Shown: positions 18,789 to 28,725, counted from the stretch's first letter. The stretch is 35,495 nt of DNA from Myxococcales bacterium (GCA_045863395.1 BTVJ01000075.1:1-35495); one strand, 5' to 3'. A program made the numbers and translations. The notes: a model not told the origin generated them from the letters alone.

Positions 18789-21700
18789 ATGGCGCGAGTC
18801 CGGTCCGTTCAGCGCGCGCTCCTGCTCGCGCTCCTGCTCTCGACGGTGGTAGCCGCGGCGCAGAGCTGCAAGGAGGAGATCGTCTACGACACGATCTACC
18901 TCGAGATTCGCAGCGGCGTGGTGGTCGATGAGCTGCATGTGAGGGTGAGATCGGCCAGCGACGCCGGACGCACCGTCATCGGGGCGACCGCAGCGCTGGG
19001 CACCCTCGTCAAGGTCCCCTCCGGTCGCTCGCTGGCCTCGGATCCGTTCGTCATCCGCGTGGAGCCGGGCAGTGCCGTCAGCGGGCTCGTCGATCTTCAG
19101 GTCAGCGGTCTCGCCGGTGGCGCGCTGGTCGCCGCGTGGGGCGGGCGCGTCGACCTCACCATCGAGGCGGCCATCCCCGTGAACCTCACGCCGCTGCCCG
19201 CCGGTTGTGACGCGGACGGGGACGGCGCCGTGGGCTGCGACAAGGGCTCCTGCTGCCCCGGCTCCCTCGCGGAGCTCGCCGACTGCGACGACACCAACGC
19301 CGAGGTCTCGCCGTTCGCGGCGGCGCTGCCCGAGTGCATCCCGTGCGCCGGCGCCCTGGATTGGCTCTGCACCGGCGCCGCGCCCCCCTGCGCCGACACG
19401 GACGGCGACGGCGTCGCCGACTGCGAGGACTGCGCCCCCAGCGACAAGACGGTAGGCCCCGGCCTCGTGGAGATCTGCGGCAACGGCAAGGACGACAACT
19501 GTGACGGCCAGCAGGATGAGGGCTGGACGTGGAACGACGCCGGCACGCCCCGGAAGGTGGGCGACGCGTGCGGAGTGGGCGCCTGCGCGGGCGGCGTCGT
19601 GAGCTGCGACAACGACCTCCGGGTGCCGGTGTGCACGACCGCGGCGAAGGGCACGGTCGAGGTGTGCGGCAACGCCATCGACGACGACTGCGACGGCGCC
19701 ACCGACGAGGGGTGCACGGTCGGCGACTGGGACGGCGACGGGTACGTGGAGGGCGACTGTCGCCCCTACGATTCGGCCTTCCACCCGGGCGCGTTCGAGC
19801 CATGCTGCGACAAGAGCCTGGGCGACAAGGCGCTGGCGATCTGCGACCGGGACTGCGACGGCGAGGTGGGCCTGTGCAGCCCCGACGACAAGGACGCGGA
19901 CGGCTTCGCGCCGCCGGCCGACTGCGACGACGGGGACGCGACCGTACACCCCGGGGCGCCCGAGAAGTGCGACGACGGGGTGGACCAGGACTGCGACGGT
20001 CGTGACACGGCCTGCGGCGATCCGGGTGTCGTCGACGGCGATGGCGATCAGTGGGTCGTCCCCGGCGACTGCGACGACACCAACCCGGCCATCCACCCCC
20101 TCGCGGCCGAGGTCTGCGACAACAAGGACAACGACTGCGACGGCATCGTCGACGAGGGCAACCCCGGCGGCGGGGACCCCTGCGAGCCGAGCCTGGAGTT
20201 CGGCGTCTGTGCCCCAGGTACCCTGGTCTGTGCCCACCTGGGCAGCTCGGGCGGCACCGTGGGCGCGAAGGTGACCTGCGTGGACTACGTGGCCGGCCAG
20301 GCCGAGCTCTGCAACGGGCTCGACGACGACTGCGACGGCCAGGCGGACGAGGGCTTCGACTGGGACGGCGCGCCCGTCGGCGCCGCGTGCGAGGGCACCG
20401 GCGCCTGTGGGCTCGGGACCGTGGAGTGTGCCATGGTCGAGGGCACCGCGGTCGCCCTGTGCTCCACCAACCCGGGCGGGTCGGCGTCGGAGGCGCAGCC
20501 CGAGGTGTGTGACCTGGCTGACAACGACTGCGACGGCGTGACGGACGAGGGGCTCACGGGAGGCCTCCTGGAGGGATGCCTGACGGCCGGCGTGTGCGCC
20601 GCCGGAGTCCCCGCGGCGTGCGTCGAGGGCCAGGTCGAGTGCGGCTACGGCGAGGTCCCCGGCTTCGAGGATCCCGAGGTGACCTGCGACGGCAAGGACA
20701 ACGACTGCAGCGGCGAGGCGGACGAGCCCTTCACCTACGGTGGCGCCAAGGTAGGCGCGCCCTGCGATGGCGTGGGCGAGTGCGGCGCGGGCGCAGTCGA
20801 GTGCGCCGCTGGCGGCGCGTCGGCCACCTGCTCCACGAACCCGGGGGCGAGCGCCTCGCAGGCGAAGCCGGAGGTCTGCAACGCCAAGGACGACGACTGC
20901 GACGGCGAGACGGACGAGGGCTTCGACTACGCTGGCGTTGCCCTCGGGGGGGCCTGCGACGGCGTGGGTGAGTGCGGCACCGGAACAGTGGAGTGCGCCC
21001 CGGGCGGCGGCAAGGCGACGTGCTCGACCAACCCGGATGGCAGCGGCTTCGTGCTGGTGCCCGAGATCTGCAATGGCAAGGACGACGACTGCGACGGCCA
21101 GACGGACGAGCCCTTCGACTACGGCGGCGTGGCGCTGGGAGCCCCCTGCGTCGGCGTGGGCGCGTGTGGGCCGGGCACGGTGGAGTGTGTCGCCGGCGGG
21201 CTCAAGGCGACGTGCTCGACCAACCCGGACGGCAGCGCCCCCGGGGCCACGGGCGAGGCGTGCAACGGCAAGGACGACGACTGCGACGGGCAGACGGACG
21301 AGGGCTACACGTGGAACGGCCTCGGCCTCGGCGCGACGTGTGACGGCGTCGGCGAGTGCGGTCTCGGCAAGGTGGAGTGTCGCGGGGACGGCGCAGCGGC
21401 GACCTGCTCGACCAACCCAGACGGGAGCGCCCCCGGTGACAAGCCGGAGACCTGCGACGGCAAGGACGAGGACTGCTCGGGTGCGGCGGACGACAACCTC
21501 CCGACGGGCGAGGCGGCCATCGCTGCCGCCAAGTGCAACACCCAGGGCGTCTGCGCGGACCCGGCCATCGCGCCGACGTGCGGCAGCGCCAAATGGGCCT
21601 GCCACTACGACAAGGCCGCTGGCTGGGAGGTGGCAGAGGTGTCCTGCGACGGGCTGGACAACGACTGCGATGGCCAGACGGACGAGGGCTTCCAGTGGAG

Positions 21701-23489
21701 CGGCGTCGGGCTCGGGAAGGCCTGCGACGGGACGGGCGAGTGCGGCGCAGGCACCGTCGAGTGCACGCCCGACAAGAAGACGGCCACCTGCTCGACCAAC
21801 GCCAACGGCACGCAGAAGCAGGACACCTCAGAGGTCTGCAACGGGAAGGACGACGACTGCGACGGGCAGACCGACGAGGGCCTCCCCACTGGGGTCGCGG
21901 CGGTCACGGCGGCCGGCTGCAAGACCGCGGGCGTCTGCGTCGCGAACCTGGTGCAGGCGGTGTGCACCACCGGCGCCTGGGTGTGTGGCTACGGCGCCAT
22001 CAGCGACTACGAGGCTGGCGCGGAGCTCTCCTGCGACGGCAAGGACAATGACTGCGATGGCTTCACCGATGAGGAGTTCACCTGGCTGGGGCTCTCCAAG
22101 GGGACGGCCTGCGACGGGACGGGTGAGTGCGGCCAGGGCGTGGTGGTGTGTGACGCCACCGGCAAGGCGGCCACGTGCTCGACCAACCCCAACGCGTCCG
22201 GCGGGTCCCAGGCAAAGGTGGAGGACTGCAACGGCAAGGACGACGACTGCGACGGCGTGACGGACAACAACCTGCCGACGGGTGGTGCGGCAATCGGCGC
22301 GGCGAAGTGCAACACGAAGGGCGTGTGCGCTTCACCGCAGATCGCTCCGACCTGCACCAACGGATCGTGGACCTGCCACTACGAGCTGGCGACCGGCTAC
22401 GAGGGCGCGACGGAGGCGTCCTGCGACGGCCAGGACAACGACTGTGATGGCGCGACGGACGAGGAGTTCACGTGGAGCGGCCTCGTGGTCGGGGCGGTCT
22501 GCGACGGCGTCGGGGAGTGCGGGGTGGGCGTCGTCCAGTGCAAGGGGGTGTCGTCGGCGACCTGCTCCACGAACCCGGACGGCACCAGCCCGGGGGGCGC
22601 CGAGGAGAGCTGCAACGGCAAGGACGACGACTGTGACGGCCAGACCGACGAGACGTGGACCCTCGGCGTCCCCTGCGACGGCCCTGACGCGGACTCGTGT
22701 GAGGAGGGCGTGACCATCTGCTCCGCGGACGGGACGACCACGGCCTGCAGCGACGCCACGGGCGACACCGTCGAGGTGTGCAACGGCCTCGACGACGACT
22801 GCGACGGGTCCACCGACGAGCACTGGCCGAACCTGAAGGACGTCTGTGACGGCGTGGACGACGACTTCTGCGACAACGGCCTGATCACCTGCACGGCAGA
22901 TGGCAGCGGCGTCACGTGCGTCGAGGACGGCCCGGGCGAGGTGGAGGTGTGCGACGGCCAGGACAACGACTGCGACGGCCAGACGGACGAGGGCTACGCC
23001 GTTGGTGAGCCGTGCTCCGTCCCTGACGAGCTGGGCGACGCCGACTCCTGCTCCGAGTCGGGCACGTGGGCCTGTGACCCCGCGCTGCAGACGGCTGTGT
23101 GCTCCAACGTCCAGCTCAGCGCCAAGGTGGAGCTGTGCAACGGCGTAGACGACACCTGCGACGGGTCCGTGGACGAGGCGTTCCCGACCAAGGGGCAGAA
23201 GTGCGATGGCGCGGACGGTGACTCGTGCGCAACGGGCACCCTCCAATGCTCCGTAGACGGGACGACGCTCGTGTGCGGGGGTGACGTCGCGTGCGCGCCT
23301 GGCACGAGCTGCTTCGCGGGGGAGGGACAGGCCCTCGACGTGTGCTTGTGTGGCACCGCGCCATGCAACGTCAACCAGGGGGACGCCTGTGCACCGGCAA
23401 CCAACGACTGCACGTGCGGCGGGCTGGATGACGGGTGTGACGGGGTGGTCCTCGTCTGCAAGGAGGGCCAGTGCAAGGTGCCTGAGTAG
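18789..23489 (+). CDS. Giant Cys/Asp-rich repeat surface (lipo)protein with MopE-related putative metal-binding motifs, ~1566 aa
   Basis: Signal peptide ending AAQS-C, then an N-terminal beta-rich domain. About 21 copies of E-x-C-(N/D)G-x-D(D/N)DCDG-x-x-DE, plus D-x-DGDG motifs. Confidence 0.9.
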   Translation: MARVRSVQRALLLALLLSTVVAAAQSCKEEIVYDTIYLEIRSGVVVDELHVRVRSASDAGRTVIGATAALGTLVKVPSGRSLASDPFVIRVEPGSAVSGLVDLQVSGLAGGALVAAWGGRVDLTIEAAIPVNLTPLPAGCDADGDGAVGCDKGSCCPGSLAELADCDDTNAEVSPFAAALPECIPCAGALDWLCTGAAPPCADTDGDGVADCEDCAPSDKTVGPGLVEICGNGKDDNCDGQQDEGWTWNDAGTPRKVGDACGVGACAGGVVSCDNDLRVPVCTTAAKGTVEVCGNAIDDDCDGATDEGCTVGDWDGDGYVEGDCRPYDSAFHPGAFEPCCDKSLGDKALAICDRDCDGEVGLCSPDDKDADGFAPPADCDDGDATVHPGAPEKCDDGVDQDCDGRDTACGDPGVVDGDGDQWVVPGDCDDTNPAIHPLAAEVCDNKDNDCDGIVDEGNPGGGDPCEPSLEFGVCAPGTLVCAHLGSSGGTVGAKVTCVDYVAGQAELCNGLDDDCDGQADEGFDWDGAPVGAACEGTGACGLGTVECAMVEGTAVALCSTNPGGSASEAQPEVCDLADNDCDGVTDEGLTGGLLEGCLTAGVCAAGVPAACVEGQVECGYGEVPGFEDPEVTCDGKDNDCSGEADEPFTYGGAKVGAPCDGVGECGAGAVECAAGGASATCSTNPGASASQAKPEVCNAKDDDCDGETDEGFDYAGVALGGACDGVGECGTGTVECAPGGGKATCSTNPDGSGFVLVPEICNGKDDDCDGQTDEPFDYGGVALGAPCVGVGACGPGTVECVAGGLKATCSTNPDGSAPGATGEACNGKDDDCDGQTDEGYTWNGLGLGATCDGVGECGLGKVECRGDGAAATCSTNPDGSAPGDKPETCDGKDEDCSGAADDNLPTGEAAIAAAKCNTQGVCADPAIAPTCGSAKWACHYDKAAGWEVAEVSCDGLDNDCDGQTDEGFQWSGVGLGKACDGTGECGAGTVECTPDKKTATCSTNANGTQKQDTSEVCNGKDDDCDGQTDEGLPTGVAAVTAAGCKTAGVCVANLVQAVCTTGAWVCGYGAISDYEAGAELSCDGKDNDCDGFTDEEFTWLGLSKGTACDGTGECGQGVVVCDATGKAATCSTNPNASGGSQAKVEDCNGKDDDCDGVTDNNLPTGGAAIGAAKCNTKGVCASPQIAPTCTNGSWTCHYELATGYEGATEASCDGQDNDCDGATDEEFTWSGLVVGAVCDGVGECGVGVVQCKGVSSATCSTNPDGTSPGGAEESCNGKDDDCDGQTDETWTLGVPCDGPDADSCEEGVTICSADGTTTACSDATGDTVEVCNGLDDDCDGSTDEHWPNLKDVCDGVDDDFCDNGLITCTADGSGVTCVEDGPGEVEVCDGQDNDCDGQTDEGYAVGEPCSVPDELGDADSCSESGTWACDPALQTAVCSNVQLSAKVELCNGVDDTCDGSVDEAFPTKGQKCDGADGDSCATGTLQCSVDGTTLVCGGDVACAPGTSCFAGEGQALDVCLCGTAPCNVNQGDACAPATNDCTCGGLDDGCDGVVLVCKEGQCKVPE

Positions 23490-23553
23490 GTGCGCAGGGA
23501 CCCGCTTCACCGCGGGGGGGAGCCACGGAGCCGCAGGGGTGGCGGGTGCCCCC

Positions 23554-24975
23554 CTACTCGCTGCCGCCGGCGATCTCGTACTTCTTCATGAGCTTCCGGA
23601 AGTACTTGCGGTCGATGTCGGCCTCACGCGCCGCGTGGCTGATGTTCATGTTGTTCTTCTTGAGCAGCGCCGCGATGTAGTCGCGTTCGAAGTTCGAGAC
23701 CCACTCCTCCTTGGCGTCCTTGAAGCTCTTGTCGGCGGCCGACGGGAGCTGCCGCTTCTCCATGGTCGTGGCGTCCGGCTCTGCGCGGCGCCGCACGATG
23801 CCGATGCCCGAGATGTGCTCCGGGAGGTCCTCGGGCTGGATGTACTCCTCGTCGGCGAAGGAGCACGCCCGCTCCATCACGTTGACCAGCTCGCGGATGT
23901 TCCCCGGCCAGTGGTAGTTCATCAGGCAGTCGAGCGCGTCCCGGGTGATGCCCTTGATCTTCATCTGGCCCTTGGGGTCCTTGTTGTAGGACCCGCTGCG
24001 CAGGAAGTGCTTGGTCAGCAGAGGGATGTCCTCCTTCCTGTCGCGGAGCGGCGGCAGGATGATGCGCACCACGCTCAGCCGGTAGAACAGGTCCTCACGG
24101 AAGCGCCCGGCCTTGACCTCCTCCTCCAGGTTCCGGTTGGTCGCGGCGACCACCCGCACGTCCACCTTGATGGGCTTGTTGGACCCGACGCGCCGGATCT
24201 CCCGCTGCTCCAAGGCGCGCAGCAGCTTGGGCTGCAGGTCGAGGTTCAGCTCGCCGAGCTCGTCGAGGAAGATGGTCCCCTTCTGCGCCATCTCGAAGAG
24301 ACCCTGGCGGGTCATGACGGCGCCGGTGAACGACCCCTTCACGTGGCCGAACAGCTCGCTCTCGATGAGGTTCTCGGGTACCGCGCCGCAGTCGAACACG
24401 ATGAAGGGGTTGTTGGCACGCGGGCTGAACATATGGAGGGTCTTGGCGACCACCTCCTTGCCGGTCCCCGTCTCTCCCTCGATGATCACGGTCACGTCCG
24501 TGGGCGCGATCTTCTCCAGGATCCCGAAGATCTCGCGCATGCGGATGCTCTTGCCTACGATGTCGCCAAATGCCTCGCGCTTGGTTGGTGTGATGTCCAC
24601 ACGCTCGTCCAGGCTCTGAAATCTGAGATCCGTCTTGCCCAGGGTCACCAGGCAGCCGGGCTTGAGGTACGCCTCCCGAATGCGCACACGGTTGACGAAG
24701 GTCCCGTTGGTGCTGCCCAGGTCTTCGATGACGTAGCTGTTGTCGTTCTGGAGGATGCGGCAGTGGTACCGGGACACCGTGTCGTCGTCGAGGACCATGT
24801 CGTTGTCCTCCATGGCGCCCAGGTTGATGACCGACTGGTCGAAGATGTATTCCGACGTCTTCCCATCCTCGCCCTCGCGGACCAGCTTGCACTTGCGGAG
24901 GTGCAGCGTGGCCGGGCGACCCGAGATGTACGCGATCTTGGTCGGGGGGATGAAGTCGGGGAACTTGTTGGACAT
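23554..24975 (-). CDS. FHA-domain sigma54-dependent enhancer-binding protein (FHA-AAA+-Fis HTH)
   Basis: FHA motifs VSRYHC...DLGSTNGTFVN. Walker A GETGTGKE, ESELFGHVKGSFTGA, Walker B FLDE, FREDLFYRL, WPGNIREL and HTH NISHAAREA. Confidence 0.95.
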   Translation of the reverse strand: MSNKFPDFIPPTKIAYISGRPATLHLRKCKLVREGEDGKTSEYIFDQSVINLGAMEDNDMVLDDDTVSRYHCRILQNDNSYVIEDLGSTNGTFVNRVRIREAYLKPGCLVTLGKTDLRFQSLDERVDITPTKREAFGDIVGKSIRMREIFGILEKIAPTDVTVIIEGETGTGKEVVAKTLHMFSPRANNPFIVFDCGAVPENLIESELFGHVKGSFTGAVMTRQGLFEMAQKGTIFLDELGELNLDLQPKLLRALEQREIRRVGSNKPIKVDVRVVAATNRNLEEEVKAGRFREDLFYRLSVVRIILPPLRDRKEDIPLLTKHFLRSGSYNKDPKGQMKIKGITRDALDCLMNYHWPGNIRELVNVMERACSFADEEYIQPEDLPEHISGIGIVRRRAEPDATTMEKRQLPSAADKSFKDAKEEWVSNFERDYIAALLKKNNMNISHAAREADIDRKYFRKLMKKYEIAGGSE

Positions 24976-25038
24976 GCCGTCGCTGCTCGCTGCCGGCCAT
25001 CGAGCCGGAGTGGGTTGCACCAGGGTGACGCGAGATCA

Positions 25039-25068
25039 GGTATAAGCGGGGGTGGGTGCTGGGGTCAA
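25039..25068 (-). promoter_or_regulatory. Putative sigma70 promoter of the FHA-EBP gene; the -35 box lies in a short inverted repeat
   Basis: TTGACC-N18-TATACC on the minus strand. TGGGGTC-aaga-GACCCCA at 25060-25077. Confidence 0.4.
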
Positions 25069-25179
25069 GAGACCCCACTCGGCTGACGGTTGCGAAGGGG
25101 GGCGGCGCGCACAGGTGCGGCCCGTACCGTGCGACTCCGGGCGGAGGCCTGGGGGCGCCGAGCGGGCCTGATGGCGACG

Positions 25180-25602
25180 TCAGATCTCGAAGTCGAACCG
25201 GTAGGGCCGCTTCTTCTCGTACATCTTCTCCACCTTCTCCTGCTCTTCCTTGCAGTCGATGCACATGGTGGTCTCGGGGCGAGCGAGCAGGCGCTTCTTC
25301 GAGATGCCGTTGCCGCAGTTCTCGCACTCGTCGTACTCGCCCTCGGTGATCCTGACCAGGGCCCGGTCGATCTTCTTGAGCAGGTACTTCTCACGGTCGC
25401 GCAGGCGGTACTCGAAGGCTGCTTCGTACTCAGCGCTCGCCAGGTCCACCTCGTCGCTCATGCGAAGGAGCTCCTCCTCCGTCGAGTTCAGGGCGGACTT
25501 GGCCTGATCCAGGATCTTCGCCTTCTTGTCCTCGAGGATCAGCCGGAACTCCGCCAGCTCTTCTGGGGTGAGCCGCGCCTCGCTCTCTTCGCTTCGTGCC
25601 AT
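25180..25602 (-). CDS. dksA: DksA/TraR family RNA polymerase-binding C4 zinc-finger protein
   Basis: Coiled-coil tip DEVDLA (DxxDxA), KIDRAL-x-RI-x-EG-x-Y, CENC...RLLARP...CIDC. Confidence 0.9.
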   Translation of the reverse strand: MARSEESEARLTPEELAEFRLILEDKKAKILDQAKSALNSTEEELLRMSDEVDLASAEYEAAFEYRLRDREKYLLKKIDRALVRITEGEYDECENCGNGISKKRLLARPETTMCIDCKEEQEKVEKMYEKKRPYRFDFEI

Positions 25603-25668
25603 TGTCACGTCCTTGGTGGTGCGGGTCCGTGGACCCCTTGCTCCCGCGTGCCCAAATCGAGCGAAGGA

Positions 25669-25697
25669 ATTGTGTGGAGGTCGCCCCGGGCGGTCAA
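25669..25697 (-). promoter_or_regulatory. Putative sigma70 promoter of dksA
   Basis: TTGACC-N17-CACAAT on the minus strand. Confidence 0.5.
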
Positions 25698-25870
25698 GCG
25701 AAATCGGGCCGACGGCTCCTCCCGCGCTTGCCGCGGGCCGCGAAGCCTCTGTAGCAGGTGGAGCGGATGAATATGACCTTGGAGGTCCCGTCGCTGCCCC
25801 TCGCCGGCGCCGTTCGACCGACGCTCGAACCGCGCGCATCCACTCCAGAGGAATCGTGAAGAGGTAGACC

Positions 25871-26653
25871 ATGAGAACCCCGCTGCTCGCCACGACGTTC
25901 CTGCTGGCGGCCTCCCTGGCGGCGCCGGCCAGCGCGCACCCGTACCCCACCCCACACCGACACTACTACCCGCCGCCCCCGCCCGTGGTCGTGTACCAGC
26001 CACCGCCGCCGCCGCCGCGCGTGATGCACGTCTACTCCCCGCCGCCGCCCCCGCCCGTCGTCGTCGCGCCTGCGCCCCAGACGAGCTACGCCCCGTTCGG
26101 CATCGGCATCCGGGTGGGAGGTGCTGCGCTCGAGGGGCACAAGCTCTTCCTGTCCGACCTGGAGAACCCGGCCATGGGAGGCGTCGGCATCGCTCTGCGG
26201 AGCCGGCTGGACGAGCACTTCGGCATCGAGCTGGCCGCGGACTGGCTCGGAGGGTCCAATGAGGACTTCTTCCAGAGCAGCATCCCCATCACCTTCGGGG
26301 TCTTGTTCTACCTGTTCCCCGAGTCGCGGTTCCAGCCGTATGGGCTCGCCTCCATCGGCGTGCAGTTCACGGAGCTCGAGTACGCCAACGGCGCGTTCAG
26401 CCACCAGCTCACCGAGGGAATCGGTGCCCTGGGCCTCGGCGTGGAGATCGCCCTGAGCGACCACTTCAAGCTCAACGCGGACGTGAGGTTCCTGACGGTG
26501 TTCCGCGGGCTTGGGTCCCGCGTCGAGGTCCAGGACGCCTGCTTCGGCGCTGGCGCCGCCCCGTCGCTGTGCTCGGGGGTGTCGAGCTTCGACCCCGAGG
26601 ATCGCTTCAACCTCGGGATCCAGTTCCTGGCCGCCGCCAACTACTTCTTCTAG
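25871..26653 (+). CDS. Small outer-membrane beta-barrel protein (OmpA/OmpW-like) with a Pro/Tyr-rich N-terminal extension
   Basis: GAGG RBS and signal peptide ending ASA. Polyproline tracts, then amphipathic strands with FQPYG and GLGVEI. Ends NYFF. Confidence 0.8.
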   Translation: MRTPLLATTFLLAASLAAPASAHPYPTPHRHYYPPPPPVVVYQPPPPPPRVMHVYSPPPPPPVVVAPAPQTSYAPFGIGIRVGGAALEGHKLFLSDLENPAMGGVGIALRSRLDEHFGIELAADWLGGSNEDFFQSSIPITFGVLFYLFPESRFQPYGLASIGVQFTELEYANGAFSHQLTEGIGALGLGVEIALSDHFKLNADVRFLTVFRGLGSRVEVQDACFGAGAAPSLCSGVSSFDPEDRFNLGIQFLAAANYFF

Positions 26654-28479
26654 CCGGCCTCGTCTCCCGCTTGGTCGTCCGCTTGGCTGCGGCCCGCAAA
26701 CCCCAGGTACCGCTCCGCCATCTCCGCCACACCGTCGGGGCTGACGGGCTTCGCGTAGAACCCGTCCGCCGCCGTCACCCGCAGGATCTCGTGGACTCGA
26801 ACGCCGGAGGGCGGATCGCTGACGATCACGATGCGCACGCCGGGGCGTGAGCTGCGCACGGACTGGAGGAACGTGGAGATGGGGCGGGCATCGCTCACGC
26901 GGAGCTCCGTGATGAGCAGCGAGATCTGCTGATCCTGAAGGATCCTGCCTGCCTCGGCCGCGGTCCTGGCGCTGTGGGTGATGCCCCCCAAGCGCTCCAG
27001 CCCGGCCCGCAGCGCGCTCGCTGCCTCCGGGTTCGGATCCAGCACCAGGACGCCATGGCCGTGCCCGTCCTCCTCCTGGGCCTGGCTCAGCGGCAGGCGT
27101 ACCACGAAGCGCGCGCCGCCGGTGGGGGCGTCCGCTACACCGATGCGGCCACGGTGGCGGCGGACGATTTCGGTGCAGATGGCGAGCCCGAGCCCCGTGC
27201 CCACGCCCGCCGGCTTGGTGGTGTAGAAGGAGCCAAAGATCGCCGCCTTCATCTTGTCGGGGATGCCCGGCCCGTTGTCGCTGACCGACAGCTCTACCTC
27301 GTCGCGCACGAGGCGGGTCGTGACCGTCACGCGGGGGGTCCGACCCTCCGGCGGGCTCTCCGCCAGGGCGTCACAGGCGTTGCCGACCAGGTTGATCAGC
27401 ACCTGCTGGAGGGCGCTCGGGTCCCCGTCGATGAGCGGCAGGTCCTTGGCGAGCTCCGTCGCGGGCTCGATGCCCGCGTCCGTGAAGCGGCGCTTGAGGA
27501 ACAGGAGGCTCGTCTCCACGACCTCGTTGAGCATCATGCTCTGGAGGTTGGACGGGGCGCGGCGGGAGAACGTGCGCAGGTTGTTGATGATCTTCGCCAT
27601 CCGCTCCACGGCATTGCGCACGAAGCTGAGCGCCTCCAGGGTGTCCGCGTGGCGCTCGGGCTCCTCCTCGAGGGTTGAGATCGCCTCTTCCGTGAAGCCC
27701 ATCGCCACGGTCAGCGGGTTGTTCAGCTCGTGGGCGATGCAGGAGGACAGCTCACCGATGCTCGCGAGCTTCTCGTTCTGGATGAGCTGCTCCTGGAGCT
27801 TGTCGATGTGGCGCTGCCTTCGCTCTACGTGCGCCTTCAGGCCGTCCGCGCGCTCTCGGATGCTGGTCTCCACCTGCTTCTGGCTGCGCAGGGAGTGCCC
27901 TGCGTCGCGGAGGGCGGCGATGCGGAGCTGGTAGGCGCGGAACTGATCGCGGCCGAGCAGCACGAAGAGGGCTGCGGCCGCGAAGGGCAGCGCCACGGAT
28001 GCCGGCGTCTCGTGGGTCCAGTCGGCGCCGAAGGCCACCCCCCCCAGGTGCGCGAGCAGCAGGATCGTCGAGAGCGCGATGTTGTCTCTCTGGGGCTTCG
28101 GCAGCCCAAGGCAGAACGCTCCGAGCAGGAGCACGGTCACCGCCGACCCGGCGAGCGCCACGCGCCCGGCGATCAGGCCCAGGGAGGCCACGGCGACCGC
28201 GCTGGTGAGGACGTAGAGGTAGAGGAGCGCGCGAGGGTGTCGCCAGTCGACGGCAGCGCGGCCGGCGTAGTGGAGCAGGGCAAAGGCAGCCGAGAACCCC
28301 GCCCCGACCAGGAGCAGCTCCGGGTGGTCGGACGGGGCGGCGGCCCACGTCGCGAGCGCGATGACCATCACCGAGACGCCGCACAGGATCGAGAGGACGG
28401 CGGAGGTCCCGGCGACGGAGACCCAGAGGTCGTGCTCCTCCGAGCGGGTCAGGTGAGCTCGGTGCTGGGTGCTCTGCAT
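26650..28479 (-). CDS. Membrane hybrid sensor histidine kinase with an atypical C-terminal receiver domain
   Basis: About 6 hydrophobic helices and a coiled coil. H-box AHELNNPL, N-box QVLINLVGNA, G1 DNGPGI, F/G2 FYTTKPAGVGTGLGL and a receiver-like tail. Confidence 0.9.
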   Translation of the reverse strand: MQSTQHRAHLTRSEEHDLWVSVAGTSAVLSILCGVSVMVIALATWAAAPSDHPELLLVGAGFSAAFALLHYAGRAAVDWRHPRALLYLYVLTSAVAVASLGLIAGRVALAGSAVTVLLLGAFCLGLPKPQRDNIALSTILLLAHLGGVAFGADWTHETPASVALPFAAAALFVLLGRDQFRAYQLRIAALRDAGHSLRSQKQVETSIRERADGLKAHVERRQRHIDKLQEQLIQNEKLASIGELSSCIAHELNNPLTVAMGFTEEAISTLEEEPERHADTLEALSFVRNAVERMAKIINNLRTFSRRAPSNLQSMMLNEVVETSLLFLKRRFTDAGIEPATELAKDLPLIDGDPSALQQVLINLVGNACDALAESPPEGRTPRVTVTTRLVRDEVELSVSDNGPGIPDKMKAAIFGSFYTTKPAGVGTGLGLAICTEIVRRHRGRIGVADAPTGGARFVVRLPLSQAQEEDGHGHGVLVLDPNPEAASALRAGLERLGGITHSARTAAEAGRILQDQQISLLITELRVSDARPISTFLQSVRSSRPGVRIVIVSDPPSGVRVHEILRVTAADGFYAKPVSPDGVAEMAERYLGFAGRSQADDQAGDEAG

Positions 28480-28696
28480 CGGTGTCCTTGGGGGGGCGCT
28501 CGACCAACCATGCCTACTATGCGATGGCCCTGGCCCTGCGGGCAAGGGTGGTGTTGGACCAGTGGACGCAAGCCGGGTTTCACCCGGACCAGGTCTTGGA
28601 GCGGCCGGTGCACGCTTGGACGTGGGAGCCCCGGAGGCGCGCTACGGCTGTGATCGAGGGCTCACCGGAGGCCAGACGTGAGGGGTCGGGGCTCGA

Positions 28697-28725
28697 TTGA
28701 CAGCCTGGGGTTGGTCACCTAGTAT
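28697..28725 (+). promoter_or_regulatory. Putative sigma70 promoter of the second TIGR04551-like gene (possibly of the operon running through hutH)
   Basis: TTGACA-N17-TAGTAT, 42 nt before the ATG at 28768. Confidence 0.65.

Noticed and set aside
28482..28700. Small + strand ORF (58-72 aa) between the kinase and the second barrel
   Set aside because: No RBS or motif. It lies in a divergent promoter region and its stop overlaps a -35 box. It cannot be fully excluded.
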